From Candidatus Sumerlaeaceae bacterium (GTDB taxonomy: Bacteria; Sumerlaeota; Sumerlaeia; Sumerlaeales; Sumerlaeaceae), in NCBI GenBank assembly GCA_049968255.1, contig JBMFRB010000002.1:413881-477880 (forward strand): DNA of 64,000 nucleotides, given 5' to 3'. The notes beneath the pieces were generated by a model. That model had not been told where the DNA came from and did no database searches. It was given only the letters and a program-made list of their open reading frames with translations. Shown in pieces: positions 19,864 through 29,162 of the stretch. Positions within the stretch are counted from its first letter, which is position 1. Each line of letters opens with the position of its first letter. Both the position numbers and the translations under genes were made by a program.

Positions 19864-22155
19864 ATGCAACGGAGCAATTCGCGAGGCAGCTGGAGCGCTT
19901 ATACTGAAGTCCCAAGGCCCTTTCGGACTATGCACTCGCGCGCCCGTACGGCTCAATGGTTGATAAACACTCCGGTGAAAATTTTGGTGGGTCTCCTGAT
20001 CGTAGGGGGCCTTGTTGCTCGGGCAACAGGCCGAGAGACGACGGGGCCCGCGACACGCATGCAGACCAAATTCAGGTCCGAAAAAGTCACCACCATGACC
20101 AGATTGCGCGAAGTCCGGGCGCAAATTAGTCAACCAAAATTATGGCTATGTGGACACGCAAACTCCTTGGATTTTCCGGGATGCATTCGGCTATCTGTGA
20201 GCTGGGATCATGCCCAGCTGCGTGGCGCTCGCGCGACCAGTGTTCCGCTATATGTGTTCATGGGACATTCTATCGAAGATTATGTGAGACTTTTTCGCGA
20301 CGGTAAAGAGCCGGCGACTCTGGAATCGGTCCTTTTTCTGGGGGAAGACGGGACGCCCTTAGACAGTCCAATGACAAACGACCCGTTATTTCTCCCCTCC
20401 CCCAAATTCATTGCCGCGTCTGTGACGCGCGGAGCTGAGCTTTTAGCCCAACATAGCCAAGGGATTGTTTTTCGAATGCCTCATGTGCCCGCTACGACTC
20501 ACACTTTGGCGCAACTCACGAACTTTACAGCTGCCCGAAGCAAGTCCACACCAGCCAATTTGGTTATTTATGAGCAATGGCAGCGCACCGAAGCTTATGA
20601 TGCTTGCCTGCTGGCTGCCGATAGATTTGTGCAGGGTCTTCGCGATCTGGCTTCTCACAAAAATTCCAAACGGGCAAACATCTGGTTAGCTACGAGTAGT
20701 CTCCCGGTATTAGCTTGTTATCAGTGTATTACGCCATTCTTCGGTCTTGACGATGCGACACATCCCGACGGACTCGTTGTTTTCATTCATCCACTGAAAG
20801 ATGACGTCTTGCAGACACTGCCGACTGCGCTTCGTCCAAGTTCTTTCGAATGGGTTCTTTGCCAAACATTAGCGGCCCATGCAGCCGCTGAGTTGCTAAA
20901 TTGTCCTTTAGTCATTGCCCCCCTTGACGATGGTGGCACTACCCCGCCACTTACGATTGAGGCCATAATTGCGGCACAACTCGTTGGCTCCCGGGCTGAG
21001 CTCCTTGCCCTTGGTGCGGCGACGCTTCCCACAGTCGAGAGCGATGGTAATGATAAACCGCAAATGACGTCGGAAAATCTCCGTGACGACTGGGTTGAGA
21101 CCTGGAGCGTGTTAGGAAATTTTTTCACGTCTCAAAACCAGGAGAGAGTGCGTTGGGATTCTGGAAGCCGAGATGTTGCACTCGGGATTACCGATGGGTT
21201 GCTCATAAAAAACAGCGCCGGTGTATTGGGCGAATTGTTGGCGCTCTGGCTTCCGTGCCTCCACGAAGGGCTTCCGGTCCGCCTGATGAGTTTATCCTCA
21301 CTTGCCGAACCAAGACTCTCGCGAAACGTTCGCACTGTCCTTACTTCGTTTAGCTTTCAATGCCCGCGGCGTACCGAGTTGATTGCTCTTGCGGAATGGG
21401 TAAAACGAGGCGGTTCACTAGTCTTGTTTGGCGAAGGAGGCGTCGGTTCGGGTCTTTGGGATTTCCCCAACGATCAATCGCTTCGTTCTGGGGCTCAGAG
21501 CACAACTGTTTCGGCCGAAGCGAGCTTTTTTTCCTATCTTGGATTTCCTCCTGTCATCTCCGACGGCGTGTATCGCGTTGGAGATGGTTGGGTGCTTTTT
21601 TCTAGCCGCACGCTTGATAAGATCATCTCAACGAGTGAGTATTTCCGCGTACCTCAAGCGGTTGCTCAGATAGCTCAAGCGAGTCGCCGCCCGATCAGTT
21701 CGCGCCCGGTTTGGGCAGTTTACCGCGACGATGTCGTTGCGGGGGCTTATATTGGGCGAAACTTAGCTCATGAGTGGACGCTCAAAGGAATGTTCATAGA
21801 TCTGACAACGTCTAGTTTACCGCTCTCGCGAAATCCCTCCTATCGAAAAGGAAACGTTTTTTTGCTCCGTAAAGTTCCGCGGGACGGAGTTAGCAACGTG
21901 GAATTTCTTGCGGCAAACGTGCCGCTTGTTTCGAGAGATTCGTCAGTCGGACGTTGGAACTTTCAGAAGGTCGTGGCTAACAGCAACCGTAATGCAGTCC
22001 TGCAAGCAGTATTTTTTGCGCCACCATTTTCGTACGCGGTCGAGGACGCCGACACTGGCGAAGGATTGAATTTTGAATACGCGCAGCCGGACCACATTCT
22101 TCGTGTCTTACTCTGCCCAGAAACGACAAGTCTTATGATTGGTCCCGTCCCCTAA
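19864..22155 (+). CDS. Large hypothetical protein, possible divergent glycoside-hydrolase-like protein with a class I GATase-like (beta-galactosidase trimerisation) domain
   Basis: Hydrophobic N-terminal anchor; VRTVLTSFSFQCP..LIALAEWVKRGGSLVLFG resembles that domain. Start codon uncertain. Confidence 0.45.
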   Translation: MQRSNSRGSWSAYTEVPRPFRTMHSRARTAQWLINTPVKILVGLLIVGGLVARATGRETTGPATRMQTKFRSEKVTTMTRLREVRAQISQPKLWLCGHANSLDFPGCIRLSVSWDHAQLRGARATSVPLYVFMGHSIEDYVRLFRDGKEPATLESVLFLGEDGTPLDSPMTNDPLFLPSPKFIAASVTRGAELLAQHSQGIVFRMPHVPATTHTLAQLTNFTAARSKSTPANLVIYEQWQRTEAYDACLLAADRFVQGLRDLASHKNSKRANIWLATSSLPVLACYQCITPFFGLDDATHPDGLVVFIHPLKDDVLQTLPTALRPSSFEWVLCQTLAAHAAAELLNCPLVIAPLDDGGTTPPLTIEAIIAAQLVGSRAELLALGAATLPTVESDGNDKPQMTSENLRDDWVETWSVLGNFFTSQNQERVRWDSGSRDVALGITDGLLIKNSAGVLGELLALWLPCLHEGLPVRLMSLSSLAEPRLSRNVRTVLTSFSFQCPRRTELIALAEWVKRGGSLVLFGEGGVGSGLWDFPNDQSLRSGAQSTTVSAEASFFSYLGFPPVISDGVYRVGDGWVLFSSRTLDKIISTSEYFRVPQAVAQIAQASRRPISSRPVWAVYRDDVVAGAYIGRNLAHEWTLKGMFIDLTTSSLPLSRNPSYRKGNVFLLRKVPRDGVSNVEFLAANVPLVSRDSSVGRWNFQKVVANSNRNAVLQAVFFAPPFSYAVEDADTGEGLNFEYAQPDHILRVLLCPETTSLMIGPVP

Positions 22156-22246
22156 CCATCAGCAATGCCCCGCGACCTTATTTTGGCTTGCAGCACTTTT
22201 TTGAGAGTTCGTAAAACTGGGTAAATTCCAGACAGGATTGTCCGAA

Positions 22247-23887
22247 ATGACAAGCATCACGAAAAGGTTACTTTTTGGCAATGAGGCAATTGCGCTGGCG
22301 GCCCGTAATGCTGGGGTCGCGCTCGGGACAGGCTACCCTGGGACTCCCTCCACGGAGATATTGGAATACTTCGCGGAGTTCGGCGGCCGTGCTCAGTGGG
22401 CACCAAACGAGAAAGTCGCACTCGAAGTAGCGCTCGGGGCCTCATTTTGCGGGGCTCGGACGCTCGTGACTATGAAACACGTCGGCCTCAATGTGGCAGC
22501 GGATCCGTTTTTCACAGCAGCCTATACGGGGGTGGATGGCGCCTTAGTTGTTGTTTCTGCCGACGACCCCGGCATGGCTTCCAGTCAAAATGAGCAGGAT
22601 AATCGCCATTACGCGGTCGCAGCGGGCGTGCCTATGCTCGAACCATCGAGCTCACAAGAGGCTTACGATTTTTCGGCAGCAGCAATTGACCTGTCCGAGA
22701 AATGGCACATTCCCATTTTGTTGCGAGTCACCACGCGCATTTGTCATTCGAAAACCGTTGTCATGCCAAGATGGCTATTCCCTCCGGCGGATGCCCCAAA
22801 GTTCCGCCGCGATATCAAGGGCCGCGTAATGATTCCGGCTTATGCCCGCCCCGCTCACAAACGTTTGCGCGCGAAGTTGACTGAAATCGCAAGTTGGGCA
22901 GAAAACTCGGCGCTAACGCGTGTAATCGAAGGGTCAAAATCCCTCGGCATTATAACCTCAGGGGTCACTTATTATCATGTTCGCGAAGCCGCCCCTGAGG
23001 CGAGTATCCTAAAATTGGGTATAACCCACCCCTTACCCATCGAACGAATTCGAAAATTTGCTGAAAGTGTGGATCGATGCGTCGTTGTAGAGGAGGGCGA
23101 TCCCTTCCTGGCAACCCACATCCGTGCTGCGGGCATCAAGGTAGAGAGTAAACCTGAAATGTATCGTTTCGGCGAGCTCAACGTTGAGCGGGTGCGCCGC
23201 ATTCTCGCCAATGACCTCTCACCAGAACCGCAACCGCCTTCGGGGAAACCCCCTGAGCTTTGCAAAGGCTGCCCGTATCGGCCCGTTTACGACACTCTGC
23301 ACCGCATGAATTGTATTGTGAGTGGCGACATTGGTTGCTATACTCTGGGAGTTCTGCCTCCTTATGAGGCCATGGACACGTGTGTGTGCATGGGCGCCAG
23401 CATTCCCGTCGGCCTCGGTATGAGGCATGTTCTCCCGCCCGACCAAGCTCGCCGCGTGGTAAGCGTGATCGGCGATAGCACCTTTATGCACACCGGTATT
23501 CCGGGGATTGTCGAGATGGTCTACAATCCCCCACCGGACGGGCACGTCGTGATTGTTCTCGATAATGGGACCACCGCAATGACTGGTCAGCAGGAGCACC
23601 CAGCCACTGGGCGCTCTCTCGAGCACAGGCCAACGAACAAGGTCTGTATCGAAGAGATTGCACGCGCGATCGGCGTACCGCAGGTTTACGTAATTGACCC
23701 TATTCGTGAGCCTGTGCGCTTTGAGCAAAGGCTCGACGACTGCCTCCAATCGGGCCAGCTCTGCCTGATTGTCGCCCGGCATTACTGCATTCTCGCCGCG
23801 CCGAGCATTAAGGAGTATGAAAAACGTACGCAGCAACCGTTTGACTTTCAATGCGCACCCGGAGGTTCGGAGCACTATGGTGAATGA
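22247..23887 (+). CDS. iorA: Indolepyruvate:ferredoxin oxidoreductase alpha subunit
   Basis: GNEAIA, GYPGTPSTE, NEKVALE, MKHVGLNVAAD, SSQNEQD, LCKGCP and the TPP motif GDSTF..DNGTTAMTG. Confidence 0.93.
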   Translation: MTSITKRLLFGNEAIALAARNAGVALGTGYPGTPSTEILEYFAEFGGRAQWAPNEKVALEVALGASFCGARTLVTMKHVGLNVAADPFFTAAYTGVDGALVVVSADDPGMASSQNEQDNRHYAVAAGVPMLEPSSSQEAYDFSAAAIDLSEKWHIPILLRVTTRICHSKTVVMPRWLFPPADAPKFRRDIKGRVMIPAYARPAHKRLRAKLTEIASWAENSALTRVIEGSKSLGIITSGVTYYHVREAAPEASILKLGITHPLPIERIRKFAESVDRCVVVEEGDPFLATHIRAAGIKVESKPEMYRFGELNVERVRRILANDLSPEPQPPSGKPPELCKGCPYRPVYDTLHRMNCIVSGDIGCYTLGVLPPYEAMDTCVCMGASIPVGLGMRHVLPPDQARRVVSVIGDSTFMHTGIPGIVEMVYNPPPDGHVVIVLDNGTTAMTGQQEHPATGRSLEHRPTNKVCIEEIARAIGVPQVYVIDPIREPVRFEQRLDDCLQSGQLCLIVARHYCILAAPSIKEYEKRTQQPFDFQCAPGGSEHYGE

Positions 23888-24377
23888 CATCATCAACATT
23901 CTCATTGCCGGACTTGGAGGACAAGGCATTATTAAAGCTTCAGACATTCTGGCAGACGCGGCGTTTCGGAGTGGTTTCGACGTCAAAAAGAGCGAGATCC
24001 ATGGGATGAGTCAGCGGGGAGGAGCTGTCAGCAGTGACGTTCGTTTCGGGCCAAAAGTGCTGAGCCCCATGATTCCACGCGGCGAAGCCCATTTCCTGGT
24101 GCTCTACGAGCCAAGCCAACGCGAGGTCTTTTGGGAGTATCTCAGTCCGCAAGGAAAGCTCATCTCGCCGGATATCATTCCCCCTGATGCCCTGCCTCAC
24201 CCAAAAATCTTGAACATAGCATTGCTTGGTGTTCTGAGCGTATTTCTTCCTGTTCCGGAGGAGAAATGGAAAGCAGCGATTGAAGCTAATCTTCCCCCAA
24301 AAGTTCTTGAGGCGAATCTGCGAGCATTTCAAATTGGGCGGGAGATTGCCTTGAGCACCGCAGAAAAAGCGATATAG
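23877..24377 (+). CDS. iorB: Indolepyruvate:ferredoxin oxidoreductase beta subunit
   Basis: GLGGQG and SEIHGMSQRGGAV motifs. Confidence 0.9.
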   Translation: MVNDIINILIAGLGGQGIIKASDILADAAFRSGFDVKKSEIHGMSQRGGAVSSDVRFGPKVLSPMIPRGEAHFLVLYEPSQREVFWEYLSPQGKLISPDIIPPDALPHPKILNIALLGVLSVFLPVPEEKWKAAIEANLPPKVLEANLRAFQIGREIALSTAEKAI

Positions 24378-24399
24378 CAAACCCTAGGGGAAAAACGAA

Positions 24400-25752
24400 A
24401 TGATGGGGAGTAACGCGCCTTCGGTAAAAGGGCAGCGGTCGGTCATCTTTAATCCAGCCAGTGCGCTCGACTTCCTGCCGGAAAGAAAGTTACGCGAGCT
24501 GCAGTTATCGCGTTTGCAGGCCATTGTGGCTCGCGCCTATGAGAGAGTGCCGCTTTACCGCGAAAGAATGCGAAAAAGCGGTGTTCAGCCGGAAGACGTT
24601 CGTTCTTTGGCCGACGTCAAGCAGTTGCCATTCACAGAAAAAAGCGACCTTCGCGACACCTACCCCTTTGGTCTTTTTGCTAGTCCCATGCGCGAGATTG
24701 TCCGCCTACACGCTTCCAGCGGCACAACGGGTAAACCTATTGTGGTGGCTTACAATCAGGAAGATGTCCGCATTTGGGCAAGCGTCATGGTGCGCAGCTT
24801 TGCCGCATGTGGCGTGGATGCGGGTGACATTGTGCAAAACGCTTACGGATACGGTCTTTTCACGGGAGGATTAGGCGCGCATTATGGTGCTGAGGCGCTT
24901 GGGGCAACCGTGATTCCAATTTCAGGTGGGAACACCGACCGACAGATCATGGTGATGAAAGACTTTGGTGTGACGGTGATTTGCTGCACGCCAAGTTATT
25001 TTTTGCACATCATGGAACGCGCGGGCGAGCTAGGGGTGGATCTCAAGAACCTGCCCCTGCGCGTCGGAGTGTTCGGCGCGGAGCCGTGGACTGAACAAAT
25101 GCGCAAACACATCCAAGAGCACAGTGGCATCCGGGCCTATGATATTTACGGACTTTCTGAAATCATTGGCCCCGGAGTGGGTGTCGAGTGCGAAGAACAG
25201 GCAGGACTGCATATCTTTGAGGACCATTTTCTTCTCGAAATTGTGGATCCTCAGACAGGGGATGTGCTGCCGGATGGGGAAGAAGGGGAACTTGTTCTGA
25301 CAACGCTCAGCAAGCAGGCGATGCCAATGATTCGCTACCGAACGCACGACATCACAGCCATCGTGCCCGAACCGTGCGCATGTGGGCGAACGATTAGGCG
25401 GATTCGACGCATTGGGCGCCGCAGCGATGACATGTTCATTATCAGAGGAGTGAACGTCTATCCGTCGCAGGTTGAGGCGGCTCTTTTGCAAGTCGAGGGA
25501 ACTCTCCCCCATTATCAAATCGTGCTGACACGCGAACATGGCCTGGATCAGATGGAGGTTCAGGTAGAAGTCACGCCCGAGGTGTTTAGTGACAAAGTAG
25601 GCGCACTCGAAGCCTTACACAAGAATCTATCCTCCGCTATTGAGCATACAATCGGTCTTCATGTGAAGGTACGTTTGGTTGAGCCGCACAGCATTAAACG
25701 TAGTGAAGGCAAAGCAAAACGCGTTATCGATCAACGAAATCTCACACAGTAA
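24400..25752 (+). CDS. paaK: Phenylacetate-CoA ligase family protein (copy 1)
   Basis: [38 protein letters not shown] and [10 protein letters not shown]. Confidence 0.9.
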   Translation: MMGSNAPSVKGQRSVIFNPASALDFLPERKLRELQLSRLQAIVARAYERVPLYRERMRKSGVQPEDVRSLADVKQLPFTEKSDLRDTYPFGLFASPMREIVRLHASSGTTGKPIVVAYNQEDVRIWASVMVRSFAACGVDAGDIVQNAYGYGLFTGGLGAHYGAEALGATVIPISGGNTDRQIMVMKDFGVTVICCTPSYFLHIMERAGELGVDLKNLPLRVGVFGAEPWTEQMRKHIQEHSGIRAYDIYGLSEIIGPGVGVECEEQAGLHIFEDHFLLEIVDPQTGDVLPDGEEGELVLTTLSKQAMPMIRYRTHDITAIVPEPCACGRTIRRIRRIGRRSDDMFIIRGVNVYPSQVEAALLQVEGTLPHYQIVLTREHGLDQMEVQVEVTPEVFSDKVGALEALHKNLSSAIEHTIGLHVKVRLVEPHSIKRSEGKAKRVIDQRNLTQ

Positions 25753-25786
25753 GCTTCGTCACGTGAGGAGCGGAGAGGTTTGAGCT

Positions 25787-26227
25787 ATGAAAACGAAACA
25801 AGTCTCAGTGTTTTTGGAGAATCGTCCTGGCCAGCTAAGTATTCCGTGTAGAGCGCTTGCCCAAGCCGGAATCAATATTCTCACGCTATCATTGGCCGAT
25901 ACTCAACAGTTCGGCATTTTGCGTCTGATTGTCAAAGATTGGGAGAGAGCTGTTCAGGTTCTCAAAGACGCGAGGTGCGTTGTCAATGTGACCGACGTGA
26001 TAGCCATTGAGGTTCCTGACCGCCCAGGTGGAATGGCAACGATTCTCGAGGTCATCGAGCGCGCTCAGCTCAACATTGAATATATGTACGCCTTTACGTT
26101 TCGCCGTGGCGACAAAGCGGTGGTAGTTTTTCGCTTCGATGAGCCGGACAAAGCGATCGAAGTGCTGCAAAGCAATGGCATCAACGTGGTGGGCAGTGTA
26201 GAACTCTACGACATGTCGGACAACTAG
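25787..26227 (+). CDS. Tandem ACT-domain amino-acid-binding protein
   Basis: QVSVFLENRPG, EVPDRPGG and NIEYMYAF; a usual paaK/ior neighbour. Confidence 0.88.
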   Translation: MKTKQVSVFLENRPGQLSIPCRALAQAGINILTLSLADTQQFGILRLIVKDWERAVQVLKDARCVVNVTDVIAIEVPDRPGGMATILEVIERAQLNIEYMYAFTFRRGDKAVVVFRFDEPDKAIEVLQSNGINVVGSVELYDMSDN

Positions 26228-26307
26228 AGGGGAGCCGGGCCATGAAAAAGGATTTACCCTGGTGGTGCAAATCAGATCTTCATACGCGTCCGAGCAGGAG
26301 CTGAACG

Positions 26308-27636
26308 ATGCCGGCCACCACCTTGGACAATTTTGTGTGGGATACGGCGGAGCTTCTAAGCCGCGATGAATTGCAGGCACTTCAGCTCAAGCGTTTGCGC
26401 GAGTGCGTGGAGCGGGTGAGTAATGTCCCGTTTTACAAGAAAGCTTTCGCCACTGCGGGGATCAACGCCGACAAGATCCGCTCCCTGGATGATATTAGAC
26501 GCCTCCCTTTTACGACCAAAAACGATCTTCGCGAGAACTATCCTTTCGGCTTTCTCGCCGTTGAGCGCGACGAAATTGCACGCATTCACGGATCGTCAGG
26601 AACAACGGGAAAACCGACTATTGTGGCTTATACTCGGCACGATCTTGACACATGGGCAAATCTCTGTGCGCGTTTCCTCGTGGCAGGGGGAGTACGGCCA
26701 CGCCATCTCGTGCATGTGGCATTCGGATATGGGCTCTTCACTGGCGGTTTCGGCCTCCACGCAGGCATCGAAAAAGTAGGAGCAGCAGTTATCCCCGCTG
26801 CAAGCGGGAACACGCCGCGTCACGTTATGCTTCTCCGCGATCTCGAACCCGACGTCCTGGTTTGCACGCCTTCGTATGCGCTGAATATCGCAGAGGTTGC
26901 TGAGCAGAAAGGAATAGATCCGCGATCTTTTAAGCTTTCGATTGGGCATTTCGGGGCTGAGCCATGGACTGAGGACATGCGTCGCGAGATCGAGACGCGG
27001 CTTGGCCTCCTTGCTTTTGATAATTATGGGCTCAGCGAGGTCATTGGTCCAGGGGTGAGCGGGGAGTGCATTTTTCGCCATGGCATGCATATTCAGGAAG
27101 ATCATTTTCTTGTGGAGTGTCTGGACCCGGACACGCTTGAGCCGGTTGAGGATGGTGAACGGGGAGAACTTGTCTTCACAACCCTCACAAAACAAGCCAT
27201 GCCGCTTATCCGTTATCGCACACGCGATATGGCCTCGTTGAACCACGCACCATGCCCTTGCGGACGAATCGGGGTTCGCATGAGCCGAGTTGTGGGAAGG
27301 TCTGACGACATGCTTATTATTCGTGGCGTGAACGTATTCCCCTCGCAAATTGAAGAAGCGCTACTTCGTGTCGAAGGAACAGCTCCGCAGTATGTCATCG
27401 AAATTGATCGTCCGGGGGCGCTGGACGAGGCGATTGTGCGTGTCGAAATTCGTCCGCAGGATTTCTCTGATAAGATGAGCCAGATGCAGGCTCTGCGCCA
27501 ACGGATCGAACATGAAATTGCGTGCATCACTGGTGTTCGCATGCACGTCGAGCTAGTGGACCCAATGACACTTGAACGGTCGGTCGGCAAAGCCAGACGG
27601 GTCATAGATCACAGAAAAGCGGAGCTAGACCCTTGA
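26308..27636 (+). CDS. paaK: Phenylacetate-CoA ligase family protein (copy 2)
   Basis: [28 protein letters not shown] and GKARRVID. Confidence 0.9.
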   Translation: MPATTLDNFVWDTAELLSRDELQALQLKRLRECVERVSNVPFYKKAFATAGINADKIRSLDDIRRLPFTTKNDLRENYPFGFLAVERDEIARIHGSSGTTGKPTIVAYTRHDLDTWANLCARFLVAGGVRPRHLVHVAFGYGLFTGGFGLHAGIEKVGAAVIPAASGNTPRHVMLLRDLEPDVLVCTPSYALNIAEVAEQKGIDPRSFKLSIGHFGAEPWTEDMRREIETRLGLLAFDNYGLSEVIGPGVSGECIFRHGMHIQEDHFLVECLDPDTLEPVEDGERGELVFTTLTKQAMPLIRYRTRDMASLNHAPCPCGRIGVRMSRVVGRSDDMLIIRGVNVFPSQIEEALLRVEGTAPQYVIEIDRPGALDEAIVRVEIRPQDFSDKMSQMQALRQRIEHEIACITGVRMHVELVDPMTLERSVGKARRVIDHRKAELDP

Positions 27637-27685
27637 GTGGCGTGCAAAGCCCGATCTTGAACTCTGAAGCGGCCCGAAAAAGCAC

Positions 27686-28495
27686 ATGATGAAGAAGCTC
27701 GTGATGATCATGATAGCTTGTGGCCTTGTGTCTCAGTCACTGGGTAGGCCTCTTATCATTGCACATCGGGGTGCCAGCCGCGAATGTCCAGAAAACACCC
27801 TGGCCAGCGTGAAACGCGCTTGGGAAATCGGCGCAGACGCTGTGGAGATAGATGTTTTCTCCTCAGCTGATGGCCGCGCCATTGTAATCCACGATGCCAA
27901 CACGTCACGCACGACAGGCAAAGATTTTCTCGTCACCGCCAGTGCCGCGTCAGTCCTGCGCCAGTTAGATGCCGGAAAGTGGAAAGGCGACCAGTTTGCA
28001 GGCGAAAAACTGCCATACCTTGAAGAAGTTTTAGCAACATTACCGCCAGGGAAAAAGCTATTCATTGAACTGAAAGGTGACGTGTCCACCGCGGCTGCAG
28101 TGGTGAATGTTTTGCGGCAACACGACGTGACCACAGGAATTGTCGCGATTTCCTTCAGCCTCGAGACGTTGAGCGCGTTCAAAAAACAGCTGCCTCATGT
28201 ACCTTGTTACTGGCTTCGCTCAACCATCTTTGATTTGAAGACTCAAAAACCTATGCCTCACGTGGTGTCGTGGCTAGACCAAGTTTCCGCCGCCGGATTG
28301 CAAGGAATCGATGTGCATGACGCCGGGTTGACCCAAAGCTTCGTGCAAGCGGCCCACAAGCGCGGATTGGAGGTTTACGTTTGGACGGTTAATGCTCCGA
28401 CTGCGGCACAGAAATTGGCCGCCATGGGGGTCGATGGCATCACCACCGATGATCCGCGCGAGCTAATTCGCCTTCGCAGTGAGACTAGCCGTTAG
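27686..28495 (+). CDS. Secreted glycerophosphodiester phosphodiesterase
   Basis: Signal peptide; AHRGAS..PENT, EIDV, IHD, WTVN and GVDGITTD. Confidence 0.92.
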   Translation: MMKKLVMIMIACGLVSQSLGRPLIIAHRGASRECPENTLASVKRAWEIGADAVEIDVFSSADGRAIVIHDANTSRTTGKDFLVTASAASVLRQLDAGKWKGDQFAGEKLPYLEEVLATLPPGKKLFIELKGDVSTAAAVVNVLRQHDVTTGIVAISFSLETLSAFKKQLPHVPCYWLRSTIFDLKTQKPMPHVVSWLDQVSAAGLQGIDVHDAGLTQSFVQAAHKRGLEVYVWTVNAPTAAQKLAAMGVDGITTDDPRELIRLRSETSR

Positions 28496-29140
28496 GGCTT
28501 TTACTCCAAATTTTTTCCCTGTCTCACGGCGTTCCAGATCATAGAGGCAACTTCGGAGCCGCTTTGCCGCTTCAACATCCCCAGGCCTTATAAATTTCTT
28601 CGCCTCTTCCGCATAGAGCCTGGCTGAGGAGAGGTCACCCAGGTAAGCTGATGAGAAGTTCGATGCAAGGATGTAGGCGTCGAGCGCTATAAATCGCTGG
28701 TTGTTTTCCTCCGCCCACTTTGCTAATCTCAGCGCAGTGTCGCGCGCACCTTCGAAGTCGCCGCGTGAGGTCTGAAGGTAGATTGCAGTATTTGCGGCAA
28801 AGGGCGCGTTTGCTCCTCCAGCTTCGAGTGCGTCGCGGGCGGCTTCAATTGCCTTTTTGAGATTTCCTCGATGGAAACTTGCCGTTGCAATGCCCATCCA
28901 CGCTTCGTCATCGATCGGCTGCTTCTTCAGCGATTTTTTATAAAGAGCGATCGAATAATCCAAGCTGTTTAGGGAAAGTGCGACTGCGGCTCTTTGCTTG
29001 AGGCCTTCCGGAGTGGAAGGATACCTGAGGGGATCAAAAAGAAATGACGCGCGGGGACTCACACAGCAGCCCGCCAAAAACATCGTGGCCGCAGTGAGCA
29101 TTTCGAACGCGAACCTTTTTACCACTAGACCGTCTCCCAT
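28463..29140 (-). CDS. TPR-repeat lipoprotein
   Basis: Lipobox FLAG-C and TPR-like helices; directly downstream of thrS. Confidence 0.65.
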   Translation of the reverse strand: MGDGLVVKRFAFEMLTAATMFLAGCCVSPRASFLFDPLRYPSTPEGLKQRAAVALSLNSLDYSIALYKKSLKKQPIDDEAWMGIATASFHRGNLKKAIEAARDALEAGGANAPFAANTAIYLQTSRGDFEGARDTALRLAKWAEENNQRFIALDAYILASNFSSAYLGDLSSARLYAEEAKKFIRPGDVEAAKRLRSCLYDLERRETGKKFGVKALTASLTAKAN

Positions 29141-29162
29141 TCAGCAGCGGATCTCAGATAAG

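Noticed and set aside
11346-22155. Glycosylation cluster as a tRNA-integrated island
   Set aside because: It lies on the 5' side of tRNA-Arg; no integrase or duplicated tRNA 3' end was seen.
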